A stretch of 64,000 nucleotides of DNA, taken from positions 3,066-67,065 of the forward strand of contig CAYHIN010000001.1 in NCBI GenBank assembly GCA_964356705.1. Reading direction: 5' to 3'. Each line of letters opens with the position of its first letter. Within the stretch, counting starts at the first letter, position 1. The notes beneath the pieces were generated by a model. It ran no database searches and was not told the origin of the DNA. It saw nothing but the letters and a program-made list of their open reading frames with translations. The stretch comes from an uncultured Gammaproteobacteria bacterium. Its GTDB lineage: Bacteria > Patescibacteriota > Microgenomatia > CAZETR01 > Amesbacteraceae. The translations under genes were made by a program, and so were the position numbers. Shown here piece after piece: positions 36,290 through 46,396 of the stretch.

Positions 36290-38524
36290 ATGCCCAAATT
36301 GTTTCTAATTCCCGAAATTGAGTCCCAAAATATTCAAGTTTTTCTCAATATCGAGCACCATCCTTTAGCCATCGAAATCACAAACCAGCTCTCAAATCTC
36401 AAGCATGTTCAGCTCATAAAAAAATCATCAGACGCCGACGTCACTATTTATCTTGTAGGTTTTGATTCCCCTTCTCTTTCCGAGACCTTGTCCCACACCT
36501 CAGATCTCTATGAACATCTCAAGCAGGTCAAGTCAGATCATCACAAGTTCATTTTGGTGGTAAAAAACCCCGCGTCTCATTTGTCTCGAACGGCAATTAC
36601 TCTTACCAATCAGTTTGCTCACAACTATGACCTAAATCATGAGGTGTTCGAGTATGATCACACCGTCTCCACATCTCAATTGGCCGAGACCATTATTCGC
36701 AAATTTATATATGGACATTCGACCCCTCACCAAGAACCTCGGTCAAGCTCAATAAAGACACCTACTGCAAAAGCCATTCCCCTCGTTTCCAAGCCTCAAT
36801 ACATGATACTTAATACGTTATACCTAATACTCGCTCTTGCCACTCCTTGGCTACTTTCGATTCTATTGTTAGTCTTTATGTATCCACTCACCTCATGTCT
36901 TCACAGATACTCTGTATGTACTAGCGTGACCGACGTTAGTCTTTCAGCCTTTCGATATACTTCCCGACTTAGCCCTGGTTCTTCCGAGCTCGCCACTCAG
37001 ATCGGCCTTCCGCTGTCGCAGTACAAAGATCTCATCATTACTTTAAAAAAACTAGATCGTCTGACCACCAAATCGGCCAAGAGATCCTCCGCGTTTCTAG
37101 CCAGCCTCTTCACAACGAGACCTGCTCCTCAGACAGCAGAAATCACAGCTTCTCTAGAAGAGACCGACCATTTGCTAAATCAGGTTCAAGCCGACCTTAG
37201 GTCAATATATCTTGCCACACCCAATCACATAAGATCCTTCGAGAGTCTAGCCGTAGGCGCAGGGGAATCTCGCCACACTCTCAGTCTTCTTATCCCAAAC
37301 ATTACAAGTACATTGAGAAATTTCACCAGTGGCAAAAAAACTTATCTAGTGGCTTTGCAAGACAACTGGGAGCTCAGAGGCAGCGGGGGACTGATAGAAG
37401 CTTTTCTCAAAGTCGATATCTCACATGGCCAGATCGATCAGTTTCAGCCTTTTTCAACTCGCGATACAGATAAGCTTCTCACAGGCACTGTCACCACCCC
37501 AGCCGATTTTCAGGATCTGACCGACCAGACTCAATGGTACCTGCGCGACGCCTCATGGGATCCCAATATCTCATCCACGCTGACCAAGATTGCTTGGTTT
37601 GCCCAAAAAGAGCTCAACCAACCCTTCGATGGAGTCATCCTAGTGGATCTAAACACTCTCAAAGAGTTGGTCAGGATAATTGGCTCCGTCCAGGTGGGGG
37701 AGTCTAAAGTTCCAGTCACCGCCCAAAACTTTTCCGCGATATATCAGTCCCAACTAAATTCATCCGATGATTACAACAAATATCTCACCACTCTTCTGAG
37801 TGCCATCTTTGCCCAATTTAGTAATATGGACGATCTTAAATATCAAAAAGTAATTCAGCTTTTTTATACCCAAGTAGTCACTGGCCAGGTCTTCATCACC
37901 GGTCTCGCAGAAGGGGAGAAGGGGCTTCCGGAGTGTCGCAGTTTTCTGATATGTTCCGTAGACTATGCCTACCCCGTATCATCAAACATCACCGGTTCCA
38001 AGACCAATCTTTATCTGACCAGATCTCATACCGCCTCTGTTAGTCTTTCAGATTCCCAAAACACTTCTCTTCACACTTTTTCATATCGTTATTCACCTGA
38101 GGCAAATTCTTGGGTAGGCCAAAACCACCAAGAATACCTGCGGCTATATTTACCAGACGACGTGCTCTCGGACTATCAAGTTTCCATTGACGGAGTAGCC
38201 ATTCCAAAAGACTCGATACATATCGGAGTCTCCCAAGGGTCAAAATATTTAGGAGTCAGTTTCACAGTAAATAAGTTGCAAGATGTCAAAGTCCAATTTA
38301 GCTATCACACTCCCATGCCCAAGGCCAGCCAGTTCCACTATCAGCTCGACATTCCCAGCCAGCCCGGCGTAGTAGGGGACCAGGTAAAAGTAGAATTAAA
38401 CTATCCTCCTACTTGGGCCGCCTTAGTAGACAAAGTCGCCTCAGTTGCTGATGCTGGCCGTCTCGAGTATAATTACGCCCATCCCGAGAAGTTCCAGCTC
38501 AATATTGATTTCACAAAACCTTAA
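36290..38524 (+). CDS. DUF4012-like membrane-anchored protein
   Basis: YLVALQDNWELRGSGG, LRDASWDP, DGVILVD, YLRLYLP. Confidence 0.75.
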   Translation: MPKLFLIPEIESQNIQVFLNIEHHPLAIEITNQLSNLKHVQLIKKSSDADVTIYLVGFDSPSLSETLSHTSDLYEHLKQVKSDHHKFILVVKNPASHLSRTAITLTNQFAHNYDLNHEVFEYDHTVSTSQLAETIIRKFIYGHSTPHQEPRSSSIKTPTAKAIPLVSKPQYMILNTLYLILALATPWLLSILLLVFMYPLTSCLHRYSVCTSVTDVSLSAFRYTSRLSPGSSELATQIGLPLSQYKDLIITLKKLDRLTTKSAKRSSAFLASLFTTRPAPQTAEITASLEETDHLLNQVQADLRSIYLATPNHIRSFESLAVGAGESRHTLSLLIPNITSTLRNFTSGKKTYLVALQDNWELRGSGGLIEAFLKVDISHGQIDQFQPFSTRDTDKLLTGTVTTPADFQDLTDQTQWYLRDASWDPNISSTLTKIAWFAQKELNQPFDGVILVDLNTLKELVRIIGSVQVGESKVPVTAQNFSAIYQSQLNSSDDYNKYLTTLLSAIFAQFSNMDDLKYQKVIQLFYTQVVTGQVFITGLAEGEKGLPECRSFLICSVDYAYPVSSNITGSKTNLYLTRSHTASVSLSDSQNTSLHTFSYRYSPEANSWVGQNHQEYLRLYLPDDVLSDYQVSIDGVAIPKDSIHIGVSQGSKYLGVSFTVNKLQDVKVQFSYHTPMPKASQFHYQLDIPSQPGVVGDQVKVELNYPPTWAALVDKVASVADAGRLEYNYAHPEKFQLNIDFTKP

Positions 38525-38542
38525 ATCGAAACACAATCACAA

Positions 38543-39223
38543 ATGGACAAACACATTATCCCAGTTCAAGCTCGCACGATTACTGGTCGTGGTGTAAAAC
38601 AACTCCGTGCGGCAGGGTTAGTCCCAGCTCATATCTTTGGAAAAAACCTGGAATCTATTTCTATTCAGCTCAACTCCAAAGACTTCTCAAAGCTGTTCAA
38701 AAAAGTCGGAGAGTCAGCTCTTTTTTACCTTCAGCTTGAGGACAACAAGTCAGAGCTTCCAGTCCTAGTCAAAGAAGTCATGGTCCACCCCGTCTCCGGC
38801 CAATTACTCCACATCTCCTTTTACCAAGTAGATCTCAAGACAAAAGTTACCACCAAAGTCCCAGTCGAATTAGTAGGGGAGTCGGCAGCCCAAAAAGACG
38901 GCACCGGTGTCTTGGTCCAGCAGTTAGACGCCATCGAGATAGAAGCTCTCCCGACCGACATTCCCGAGAAGATTCAGCTCGACATAACCGGTCTCTCCGA
39001 GGTTGGTTCATCTCTCCATGTCAGTGACATCTCAGTCAACACTTCCAAAGTCACTATTCTGACCGAAGCCGATGCCCTTATCGTTCAGATCTCAGCTCTC
39101 GCCAAAGAAGAAGTAGCCGAACCAGTAGCTCCCGCCGAAGGGGCTGAAGGTGAAGCCGCAGCTCCAGCTGAAGGCGAAGCCGCAGCTACTGAAGAATCCA
39201 AGTCAGAAGAAAAATCTGAATAA
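38543..39223 (+). CDS. rplY: 50S ribosomal protein L25 (CTC type)
   Basis: LRAAGLVPAHIFG, HPVSGQLLHISFY, acidic tail. Confidence 0.95.
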   Translation: MDKHIIPVQARTITGRGVKQLRAAGLVPAHIFGKNLESISIQLNSKDFSKLFKKVGESALFYLQLEDNKSELPVLVKEVMVHPVSGQLLHISFYQVDLKTKVTTKVPVELVGESAAQKDGTGVLVQQLDAIEIEALPTDIPEKIQLDITGLSEVGSSLHVSDISVNTSKVTILTEADALIVQISALAKEEVAEPVAPAEGAEGEAAAPAEGEAAATEESKSEEKSE

Positions 39224-39262
39224 CCACTTCTTGTCATCCTGAGGCGCACCGAAGGATCCAGT

Positions 39263-41410
39263 TTATTTACTTGGCCACTTACTCGTTATCAACATCTCTT
39301 TCTCTCCTAGTTCACTCCATATAGCTTCCGTCACAAACGGCATAAACGGATGAACCAATTTCAAAAATGTTTTCAGTCCTTTTGAGAGTGCAGCGGCCGA
39401 TACTTGTCCATCCCTTTGCAAATTAATCTGCTTATCACAAAACCAGTGCCAAAACTCTTCGTAGACCGTTTCTGCCGCTTGTCCGATTCGATATTTTTCT
39501 AGATCACTCGTTACTTTTTTGACCACTTCATTCACATAGTTTTCAAACTCCAGGTCCAATGGCGCATTTAGATTTTCCGTCTTCATCATCTCCACATATC
39601 TCGCTGAATTCCACATCTTGTTACTAAAGTTTCTATATCCTCTTATTCTCTCTTCCATTTGTTGCTTGGAGATAAGTAGATCATTCCCATTGTCTCTTCC
39701 AGCCGAGATTCCCATTCGCACGGCATCCGCGCCATATTTCTCTATTGCCTCATTTGGATTCACCCCATTACCCTTAGATTTGCTCATCTTTGCACCAGTA
39801 TTATCTCTCAAGACCCCATTGATCAGGGCGGTTTCAAATGGCACCTCTCCGGTCAGATATAGTCCAAACATAATCATGCGGGCCACCCACAAAAACAGGA
39901 TTTCATAAGCCGTGTTCATGACCGTCGTAGGGTAAAACTTTTCAAAGTCTCTCACACCTGAAGTTTTGAGGGTATTTATTGGCCATTGGCCAGAAGAAAA
40001 CCAAGTGTCAAAAGTATCTGGGTCCTGTATTACCTCGTCACCCTCCGGTTTTTCGATAGAAACAATAGGGGACTCTAGTGCGTCTGTTCGAGCCCTGGTA
40101 TCACCATTTTTCAGCTTTTCCCATTCTGAGAGTTGATCACCAGTCAGTTGGTCGCTTTTTCGATACCACACCGGCAGTTGGTGTCCCCACCAGATTTGTC
40201 TCGAGATGGGCCAGTCTCGGATGCTTCTCATCCAGTTAAAGTACATTTTTTCGTATTTTTCAGGAGTTATTTTTATTCTACCTTCTTCGACAGCTGCGAT
40301 TGCCGGCTCTGCCAGTTTCTTAGTCGAGATAAACCATTGTCTGGACACCAGTGGTTCGATCACGGTTCCGCACCTCTCACAGGTCGCCGCCGCATGCACA
40401 TAATTCTCATCTATCCTTTCGATCAAACCAAGGGTTGTCAGGTCGGACACAACCACCTCTCTGGCTTCTTTGGTCTTCATGCCAGCATATTTGCCAGCCT
40501 CTTTTGTCATCCGTCCGTCAAAGTCCACCGCTTGGTTGATAGGCAGTCCCAGTTTTTGCGCCACTTCAAAATCCGTCATGTCATGCGCTGGAGTCATCTT
40601 GACGACACCCGTACCAAATCCAGGTTCCACAAATTCTTCCCCGATTATTTCCATCTCTGCCCCAGTCAGGGGGTTCTTCACCGTCTTTCCAACCAGATGG
40701 TTATTCTTTTTATCTTTAGGATTTACAGCCAAGTGAGTATCCACCCAGATTGGTTCAGGTCTGGTTGTAGCCACCACCACACATCCCTCTTCCCAGGTTT
40801 TGGGATATCGTACATAGTACAGTTTTGTCGTCTGTTCATTGTGTTCTAGTTCTACGTCGGCCAGGGTGCTTCTACACCTAGGACACCAGTTGACGATTCT
40901 ATAGCCTCGGTATACTAGCCCATCTTTATGCATCTTTATAAAAGTTTCATAGACTAGGTCTGAGATCTGTGGGTCTAGAGTAAATTTTTCGCGAGACCAG
41001 TCACAAGAGGCTCCCAAGCCCTTCATCTGGTTCTCCATACTCACTTTGCAATCTATCGCAAACTCATAGCATCGTTTATAAAACTCGTCTCGTCCCAGAT
41101 CGTGTCGAGATTTTTTTTCATCTTTGAGCAACTTTTTCTCAAAAGTTACTTGGGTTTGAATACCAGCATGATCCACACCCGGCAGCCACAAAGTCGGGGA
41201 GCCGTTCATTCTTTTATAACGGATCAAGATATCAGATATCGCAATAAATGTGGCATGTCCCAAGTGCAGTTCTCCGTTCGCATTTGGTGGCGGCATGATA
41301 ATACTAAAAGGCTTTCCCTCGCCCTTAGGCTCAAAAGCCCCAGATTTCATCCACTTCTCGTAGATATCCTTTTCGTATTTCTGATGTTCGTATGCTTTAT
41401 CCATAATCAA
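39263..41410 (-). CDS. valS: Valine--tRNA ligase (short form)
   Basis: PPPNANG.LHLGH, DHAGIQTQ, ISRQIWWGH, DTWFSS, KMSKSKGN. Confidence 0.96.
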   Translation of the reverse strand: MIMDKAYEHQKYEKDIYEKWMKSGAFEPKGEGKPFSIIMPPPNANGELHLGHATFIAISDILIRYKRMNGSPTLWLPGVDHAGIQTQVTFEKKLLKDEKKSRHDLGRDEFYKRCYEFAIDCKVSMENQMKGLGASCDWSREKFTLDPQISDLVYETFIKMHKDGLVYRGYRIVNWCPRCRSTLADVELEHNEQTTKLYYVRYPKTWEEGCVVVATTRPEPIWVDTHLAVNPKDKKNNHLVGKTVKNPLTGAEMEIIGEEFVEPGFGTGVVKMTPAHDMTDFEVAQKLGLPINQAVDFDGRMTKEAGKYAGMKTKEAREVVVSDLTTLGLIERIDENYVHAAATCERCGTVIEPLVSRQWFISTKKLAEPAIAAVEEGRIKITPEKYEKMYFNWMRSIRDWPISRQIWWGHQLPVWYRKSDQLTGDQLSEWEKLKNGDTRARTDALESPIVSIEKPEGDEVIQDPDTFDTWFSSGQWPINTLKTSGVRDFEKFYPTTVMNTAYEILFLWVARMIMFGLYLTGEVPFETALINGVLRDNTGAKMSKSKGNGVNPNEAIEKYGADAVRMGISAGRDNGNDLLISKQQMEERIRGYRNFSNKMWNSARYVEMMKTENLNAPLDLEFENYVNEVVKKVTSDLEKYRIGQAAETVYEEFWHWFCDKQINLQRDGQVSAAALSKGLKTFLKLVHPFMPFVTEAIWSELGEKEMLITSKWPSK

Positions 41411-41524
41411 TTAAATTTGTTTCGCATGATTAACTTCTTTAAAAAGCGGGCAAATTTAATATACATCGTTTTGTGTGCAAAACGACAAGTATATGAGAAA
41501 TTGCACACTAATTTCTCATATCAT

Positions 41525-41557
41525 AAAAAACAAAAAACCCCGTTAACTAACGGGGTT
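41525..41557 (-). terminator. Intrinsic terminator in the valS leader
   Basis: AACCCCGTT-AGTT-AACGGGGTT followed by T runs. Confidence 0.75.
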
Positions 41558-41679
41558 GCGGCTTCGCCTCGCCGTAGCTTCATGCGTAGGCGGGACTAGA
41601 GATACCACCTCAACCAATACTTAATTTCGATTTGGCTCCTCGGTGACAAGTCGGATCGTAGCCTACTACACAAATTATA
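41525..41679 (-). promoter_or_regulatory. Candidate compact T-box leader of valS
   Basis: TATAAT 41679-41674, AGG-TGGTATC at 41610-41601, downstream terminator. Confidence 0.5.
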
Positions 41680-41729
41680 CACCAAGGACTATTTACAATT
41701 TCCACTAGTCGGAGTAAAACAGATTAGAG

Positions 41730-42329
41730 ATGAATATCAAAGTCATAGTCGCAATTGCCATAGCCCTAGCTCTTCTGGGCGGCGGAGCCTTCTTTGTTCT
41801 CAGAAAGCCCGCGTCTACTGACAACCAACAACTTACAACTGACAACTCTCAGCCCAGCTCTCCTCAGTCACTCCGCGATTTGTTCGCCTCCGCAGTCGCC
41901 CAGACCTGTACTTTCTCAGATGCAGAGTCAAATTCAGCCGGCACAGTCTATGTCAGCGAAGGCTTGGTCAGAGGTGACTTCGAAGTAAAATCCGGCGAGA
42001 CCGTGACTACCAATCACATGATCATGTCAGACAACACTATCCACTTCTGGCAAAACGGCTCCACCGAAGGCTTCAAGATGGCCCTCGTTCTCCCTTCCGG
42101 CACGGAAGTAGATTCCACCACCACGGCCACAAATCAGGTAGATCTAGATAAAGAAGTAGATTACTCTTGCTCAGTTTGGGTTGCAGATCAGAGCAAATTC
42201 ACGCTACCGGCTGACGTGACCTTTACCGATCCCTCAGCCATGATGAAAGGCGTAGATTGTTCCGCCTGTGATTCAGTGCCAGAAGGTACAGCTCGCACCC
42301 AATGCCTCACCGCTCTCAAGTGTAACTAG
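41730..42329 (+). CDS. Membrane-anchored exported hypothetical protein
   Basis: N-terminal TM, GTVYVS..RGDF, terminal C..C..C..C. Confidence 0.7.
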   Translation: MNIKVIVAIAIALALLGGGAFFVLRKPASTDNQQLTTDNSQPSSPQSLRDLFASAVAQTCTFSDAESNSAGTVYVSEGLVRGDFEVKSGETVTTNHMIMSDNTIHFWQNGSTEGFKMALVLPSGTEVDSTTTATNQVDLDKEVDYSCSVWVADQSKFTLPADVTFTDPSAMMKGVDCSACDSVPEGTARTQCLTALKCN

Positions 42330-43386
42330 CATCCACTCTCCACCTTGGCATCCTGTCGATATCTTCAGACTTTGCATATTCGCCTCGTTCCGCTTTAAAT
42401 CCCGCCACGACCCCGATCATGGCTGCATTATCAGTGCACAGCATCATATTCTCTGGAAACCTTACACTTACACCTATCTCACTACCCATTTCACACAACT
42501 TATCCCTAAGCATCATATTGGCCGCCACTCCACCCCCGACCAACAGGTCATTTATCCTTAGCGCTTCGCGCTTAGCACTTAGCACTTTACTTGTAATCCT
42601 CACCACATGCTTAAACACCATCGCTTGAAATGATGCCGCCAAATCCTGTTTCTGTTCCTGAGTCAGTATAGTGTCATCCTGAGCTTGCGAAGGATCCAGA
42701 GATTTAACTAGTCTATAAAACGCGGCCTTAAGTCCCGAATAGCTAAATCTATTATCTTCTTTTCCAGCCATAGGCAAGGGGAGGGGATATTTTTTCGGAT
42801 TTCCAAGTAGCGCCAGTTTTTCAAAAGCTGCTCCCCCCGGGTAGGGCAGTCCCAGCATCCGCGCGGCTTTATCGAGTGCTTCGCCTATGTTGTCATCCAG
42901 GCTCTCAGCCAGTATTTTATATTTCCCAATTTCTTTGATTTCAATTACTTGTGTATGCCCACCCGATATCACCAGCGCCGCACACGGAAAGCTCACGTCA
43001 TCCTGAGGCGCACCGAAGGATCCAGTTTTAATCATCGCACTGAGGGCGTGCCCCTCGATGTGATTGACTGCAATCAGTGGTTTACTATATTTAGCCGCCA
43101 GCTCTTTGGCCTTTGCAATTCCCACACCCAGTGCAATTCCCAGTCCCGGTCCCTGGGTTACCGCTACGACATCAATATCATCCATTGTCATTTGTGCATC
43201 GTCCATTGCTTTTTCGATCACCCAATCAATATTTTTCTCATGATCCCGCTTGGCGAGAGAGGGGACCATCCCGCCCCACTGTCCATGAATTTCTTGTGTG
43301 ATTCGCACTGATGAGATAACGTTGAGTCCCTCAGTCACCGCAGCAGCCGTTTCATCTGCCGAGGTCTCCACTGCAAGTATTCTCAT
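42316..43386 (-). CDS. tsaD: tRNA N6-adenosine threonylcarbamoyltransferase
   Basis: ILAVETSADET, GPGL, NHIEGH, SGGHT, FSYSGLK, TDNAAMIG. Confidence 0.96.
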   Translation of the reverse strand: MRILAVETSADETAAAVTEGLNVISSVRITQEIHGQWGGMVPSLAKRDHEKNIDWVIEKAMDDAQMTMDDIDVVAVTQGPGLGIALGVGIAKAKELAAKYSKPLIAVNHIEGHALSAMIKTGSFGAPQDDVSFPCAALVISGGHTQVIEIKEIGKYKILAESLDDNIGEALDKAARMLGLPYPGGAAFEKLALLGNPKKYPLPLPMAGKEDNRFSYSGLKAAFYRLVKSLDPSQAQDDTILTQEQKQDLAASFQAMVFKHVVRITSKVLSAKREALRINDLLVGGGVAANMMLRDKLCEMGSEIGVSVRFPENMMLCTDNAAMIGVVAGFKAERGEYAKSEDIDRMPRWRVDASYT

Positions 43387-44012
43387 TTTTTAACCTCGCT
43401 GTCATAAGCATCTAAAAGAATTCTCGGAACGTATCTAAACACCGTTCTTCCGTCCTCCACTAAGTTGTCAATTTTTACCAACTCTATACCCCTAGAAATT
43501 ACCGGATGTTGCTGGTTATTTATCCAAAAGGTTTGATCATTAAACACAGCAGTTGCATCGGCCATCTGCTGTCCGTGCTTGGTAGCAAATTGCCTCATCT
43601 CTTCGCTATAACCTCTTTTCCGTTTGTGCCAATTGGGAATTAATACTCGAATTTCAGCAGGTTCACCAATTCCATCTCCTGTCTCGATTGTTGAAAATCC
43701 TTGTGTCGTATCCCTACCAATTTTTTTCTGCCCAATTCGATCTTCTTCCGTAATGCAAGACATTCCAGGGTAACCTGTCTCCACAGTCATTGACGGCTGG
43801 TTTAGCACATCTCTTCTAGCTCCTTGCCATTCGGCTCTCGCCAAATTTGTTCCATGATGCAAAACCGTCCACCCTTCCGGAACAGCCCACTGCCTTTTTT
43901 TATGAGTCTCCGTTTCATCACTTGGTCTAAAATTTCTGTGAAGAGCGTAGTCATTGCTCTTCGTAGCCAAGTCTGGGACTTCCTTTACTTCCGTTACCTC
44001 AGATACATCCAT
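43383..44012 (-). CDS. Hypothetical protein
   Basis: 209-aa ORF overlapping the tsaD start. Confidence 0.6.
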   Translation of the reverse strand: MDVSEVTEVKEVPDLATKSNDYALHRNFRPSDETETHKKRQWAVPEGWTVLHHGTNLARAEWQGARRDVLNQPSMTVETGYPGMSCITEEDRIGQKKIGRDTTQGFSTIETGDGIGEPAEIRVLIPNWHKRKRGYSEEMRQFATKHGQQMADATAVFNDQTFWINNQQHPVISRGIELVKIDNLVEDGRTVFRYVPRILLDAYDSEVKK

Positions 44013-44050
44013 TTCTCAATTTTACCAGTCACTGAGGCTATAATCAGCTT

Positions 44051-44668
44051 ATGGCTAATTTTCAGGTCTCTCCCAAGTACATTACTGTCGACGGCCCAGA
44101 CGGCGTAGGCACAAGTACGGTAGGTGCAGCGCTCAAAGCAGAGCTGGAGGCTCAAGCAAAAAAGGTGTTTTTAATCGAAGTCCCACATGAGATCACGTCT
44201 CTTGAGCAGAGGGAGCTAGACAGGATTTCTGATCAATCAAGTCCAGAGGTAAACCTGGGTTATCTCACAGTCACTGCTCGTGTTTATACTGATCAGATAA
44301 TTCCAGCTTTAAGCAGTTACGATTTCGTCATTGCCGTGGGCTCTGAGCTAAAAAACCTATTCTGGGCCATCTTGGATGGTAACCAAACAACTGTCTTCGC
44401 AGAGATTCAGACAGGGGAGGCGACACACAATTTATTACCCTTCTTGCGCATCTTAGTCACCGCGCCATCAGAGACAATTTCAGAAAATCTTTCCAAGCGC
44501 AAAAATCTAAGTGCCGTCGATCCCAGGCCAGAGGAGTTACAAAAAATCCAATCTCGTATAGACGCCTCTATCCAGGCTGCAAATCTGTTAGCAGGTTTAC
44601 ACCCTAACTCTCGTCTCGAGATAGTTCACAATCACCCCCCCGTCCCACCCACCTTGCCAAGGGTCTGA
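44051..44668 (+). CDS. Thymidylate kinase-like P-loop protein (degenerate)
   Basis: YITVDGPDGVGTST resembles TMPK FI.xEGxDGxGKST. Confidence 0.55.
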   Translation: MANFQVSPKYITVDGPDGVGTSTVGAALKAELEAQAKKVFLIEVPHEITSLEQRELDRISDQSSPEVNLGYLTVTARVYTDQIIPALSSYDFVIAVGSELKNLFWAILDGNQTTVFAEIQTGEATHNLLPFLRILVTAPSETISENLSKRKNLSAVDPRPEELQKIQSRIDASIQAANLLAGLHPNSRLEIVHNHPPVPPTLPRV

Positions 44669-44669
44669 T

Positions 44670-45317
44670 TCATTTCTTACTGCCATCCACGAGCCAATAG
44701 TTACACGAAAAAACATGAGGTTGTGTCACCTCAAGCACTTCTTCTTCCGGGACTACCCCTTTTACAAATTTCATATAATATCCTCGAAACGCTTCTTCGA
44801 TCTCCTTCTTTCCTGATTCCAAGGTATATCTGGGTTCCACTGGATTAAATCTCAGATCTCCGTTTGGCATGACTCGTCGAATGTCCGTTGCCAAATCAAT
44901 CAACAATCTTCCTCCTTGTTTAGTTACTCTGGTTATTTCTGAAGCTATCTTCCCCATCGTCTCTTTTGGAAAAAGATGCAAAGTTCCAGTACAAAATACT
45001 CCATCAAAAGTCTCATCTGAGAAGGGAAACTGTGAGTCAATGTCAAACACAGCTGGTTCAAGCATGACTCTTTGGTTCTCAGGAGTTAGCATTATAAGTT
45101 TATCCAGTGCCGTTCGATCTATGTCATTCACAACTATCCGATCGGCATTCCTGAGCAAAAAACCCATATATCTGCCATCACCGGCTGCCAGGTTTAGCCA
45201 TTTACCAGTCAGTTCAGTCTTCTCCAAATACTTGTTTGTATCTTCGTCTCCTGTACCCCAAATAGGATCATTACTAGTCTTCCCATAATCAATTTTTTCA
45301 CGAAAGTCGTAGCTCAT
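44670..45317 (-). CDS. Class I SAM-dependent methyltransferase
   Basis: LNLAAGDGR, PFSDETFDGV, GGRLLI. Confidence 0.85.
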   Translation of the reverse strand: MSYDFREKIDYGKTSNDPIWGTGDEDTNKYLEKTELTGKWLNLAAGDGRYMGFLLRNADRIVVNDIDRTALDKLIMLTPENQRVMLEPAVFDIDSQFPFSDETFDGVFCTGTLHLFPKETMGKIASEITRVTKQGGRLLIDLATDIRRVMPNGDLRFNPVEPRYTLESGKKEIEEAFRGYYMKFVKGVVPEEEVLEVTQPHVFSCNYWLVDGSKK

Positions 45318-45745
45318 TTAATCTCAATCTTCCTTTCTTCTCCATCATACTCAATTTTCACCCAAATCAGCTTTATATTCCCGAGTTCTTTAATCTCCTT
45401 CTCAAACTTATCCGCCCACTCAATAATAATCAGCGACTTGTCATCTATCATTTTTTGTAACCCTAATCTTTCCACTTCATCCCACGTCTCCAGTCGCCAG
45501 ACATCCAAATGATTTAAATCAATTGTCCATTGTCCATTGTCCATTTTCAATTTGTAAGGCACATGTAGCACATAAGTCGGCGATGTCACGTCTTCTGTAA
45601 TCCCCAGCTCAAGGGCAATCACCTTCGTCATGGCCGTCTTCCCAGCGCCCAACGGCCCAGACAACGCTAGGATAATTGCTTGTTTTCCAAGATCAGGCCT
45701 GATCATCTCGACAATCTTTTTCGCCGCTTCATGAGTATTTTCCAT
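45314..45745 (-). CDS. tsaE: t6A biosynthesis ATPase
   Basis: LSGPLGAGKT, VTSPTY, HLDVWRL, IIEWA. Confidence 0.95.
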   Translation of the reverse strand: MENTHEAAKKIVEMIRPDLGKQAIILALSGPLGAGKTAMTKVIALELGITEDVTSPTYVLHVPYKLKMDNGQWTIDLNHLDVWRLETWDEVERLGLQKMIDDKSLIIIEWADKFEKEIKELGNIKLIWVKIEYDGEERKIEIK

Positions 45746-45757
45746 CCTATAATTATA

Positions 45758-46378
45758 CTATTTCCCCCGCATTAGCTCAGCCAAAACATCTGAGCTCCAC
45801 GAAAAATTATTTCTCAGCTCGTTATGACCGCCAGGAGCATTGATTACCACTTTTCTCCCTGGTAGATTAATGTCACAAGCAATGCCAGCAAATTCGTCAT
45901 ATCGACCCTGTATACACACAATCTTGTCAACACGCTTCACTCTTTGAATACTTCTCAGTACAGAGCTGTTTGGAGCCAGATCTCTAAATGCACCATCACT
46001 CCAAGGCCAAGCCCTCAAGAAGGAAATTCCATTATACGGACTTGCCACAGTTAATACTGTCCGCACATTGTCAAACCCATACTTTTCTACATACCTGACT
46101 GCAATTAGGCCCCCCATACTAATTCCTACCAATATCGCTCCCGGATACTGTCCTACCGCTTCGTGTACTCGCTCTAGATAACTGTCGACTCTTTGTATTT
46201 GCAATCCGAGACCCAACAAGACTCCTCCCAGATTATTTTCCTTAGCGTATGAAATCAATCCTTCATCTAGCCAACCGGCCCATCCTCCCAGCCACCCGTT
46301 AATTCCCACAATTGGCCCATCGCTACCAGTTAGTTCAACCTCTTTTGGCCCTCGCCTCCAAAGAAAATCCATCGCCAT
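45758..46378 (-). CDS. Alpha/beta hydrolase (lipase-like)
   Basis: GISMGG nucleophile elbow, SPY.G, C-terminal GHN. Confidence 0.8.
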   Translation of the reverse strand: MAMDFLWRRGPKEVELTGSDGPIVGINGWLGGWAGWLDEGLISYAKENNLGGVLLGLGLQIQRVDSYLERVHEAVGQYPGAILVGISMGGLIAVRYVEKYGFDNVRTVLTVASPYNGISFLRAWPWSDGAFRDLAPNSSVLRSIQRVKRVDKIVCIQGRYDEFAGIACDINLPGRKVVINAPGGHNELRNNFSWSSDVLAELMRGK

Positions 46379-46396
46379 AAGGTGTAAGATTACACC

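Noticed and set aside
40133-40849. 238-aa + strand ORF
   Set aside because: Antisense to valS; biased composition.
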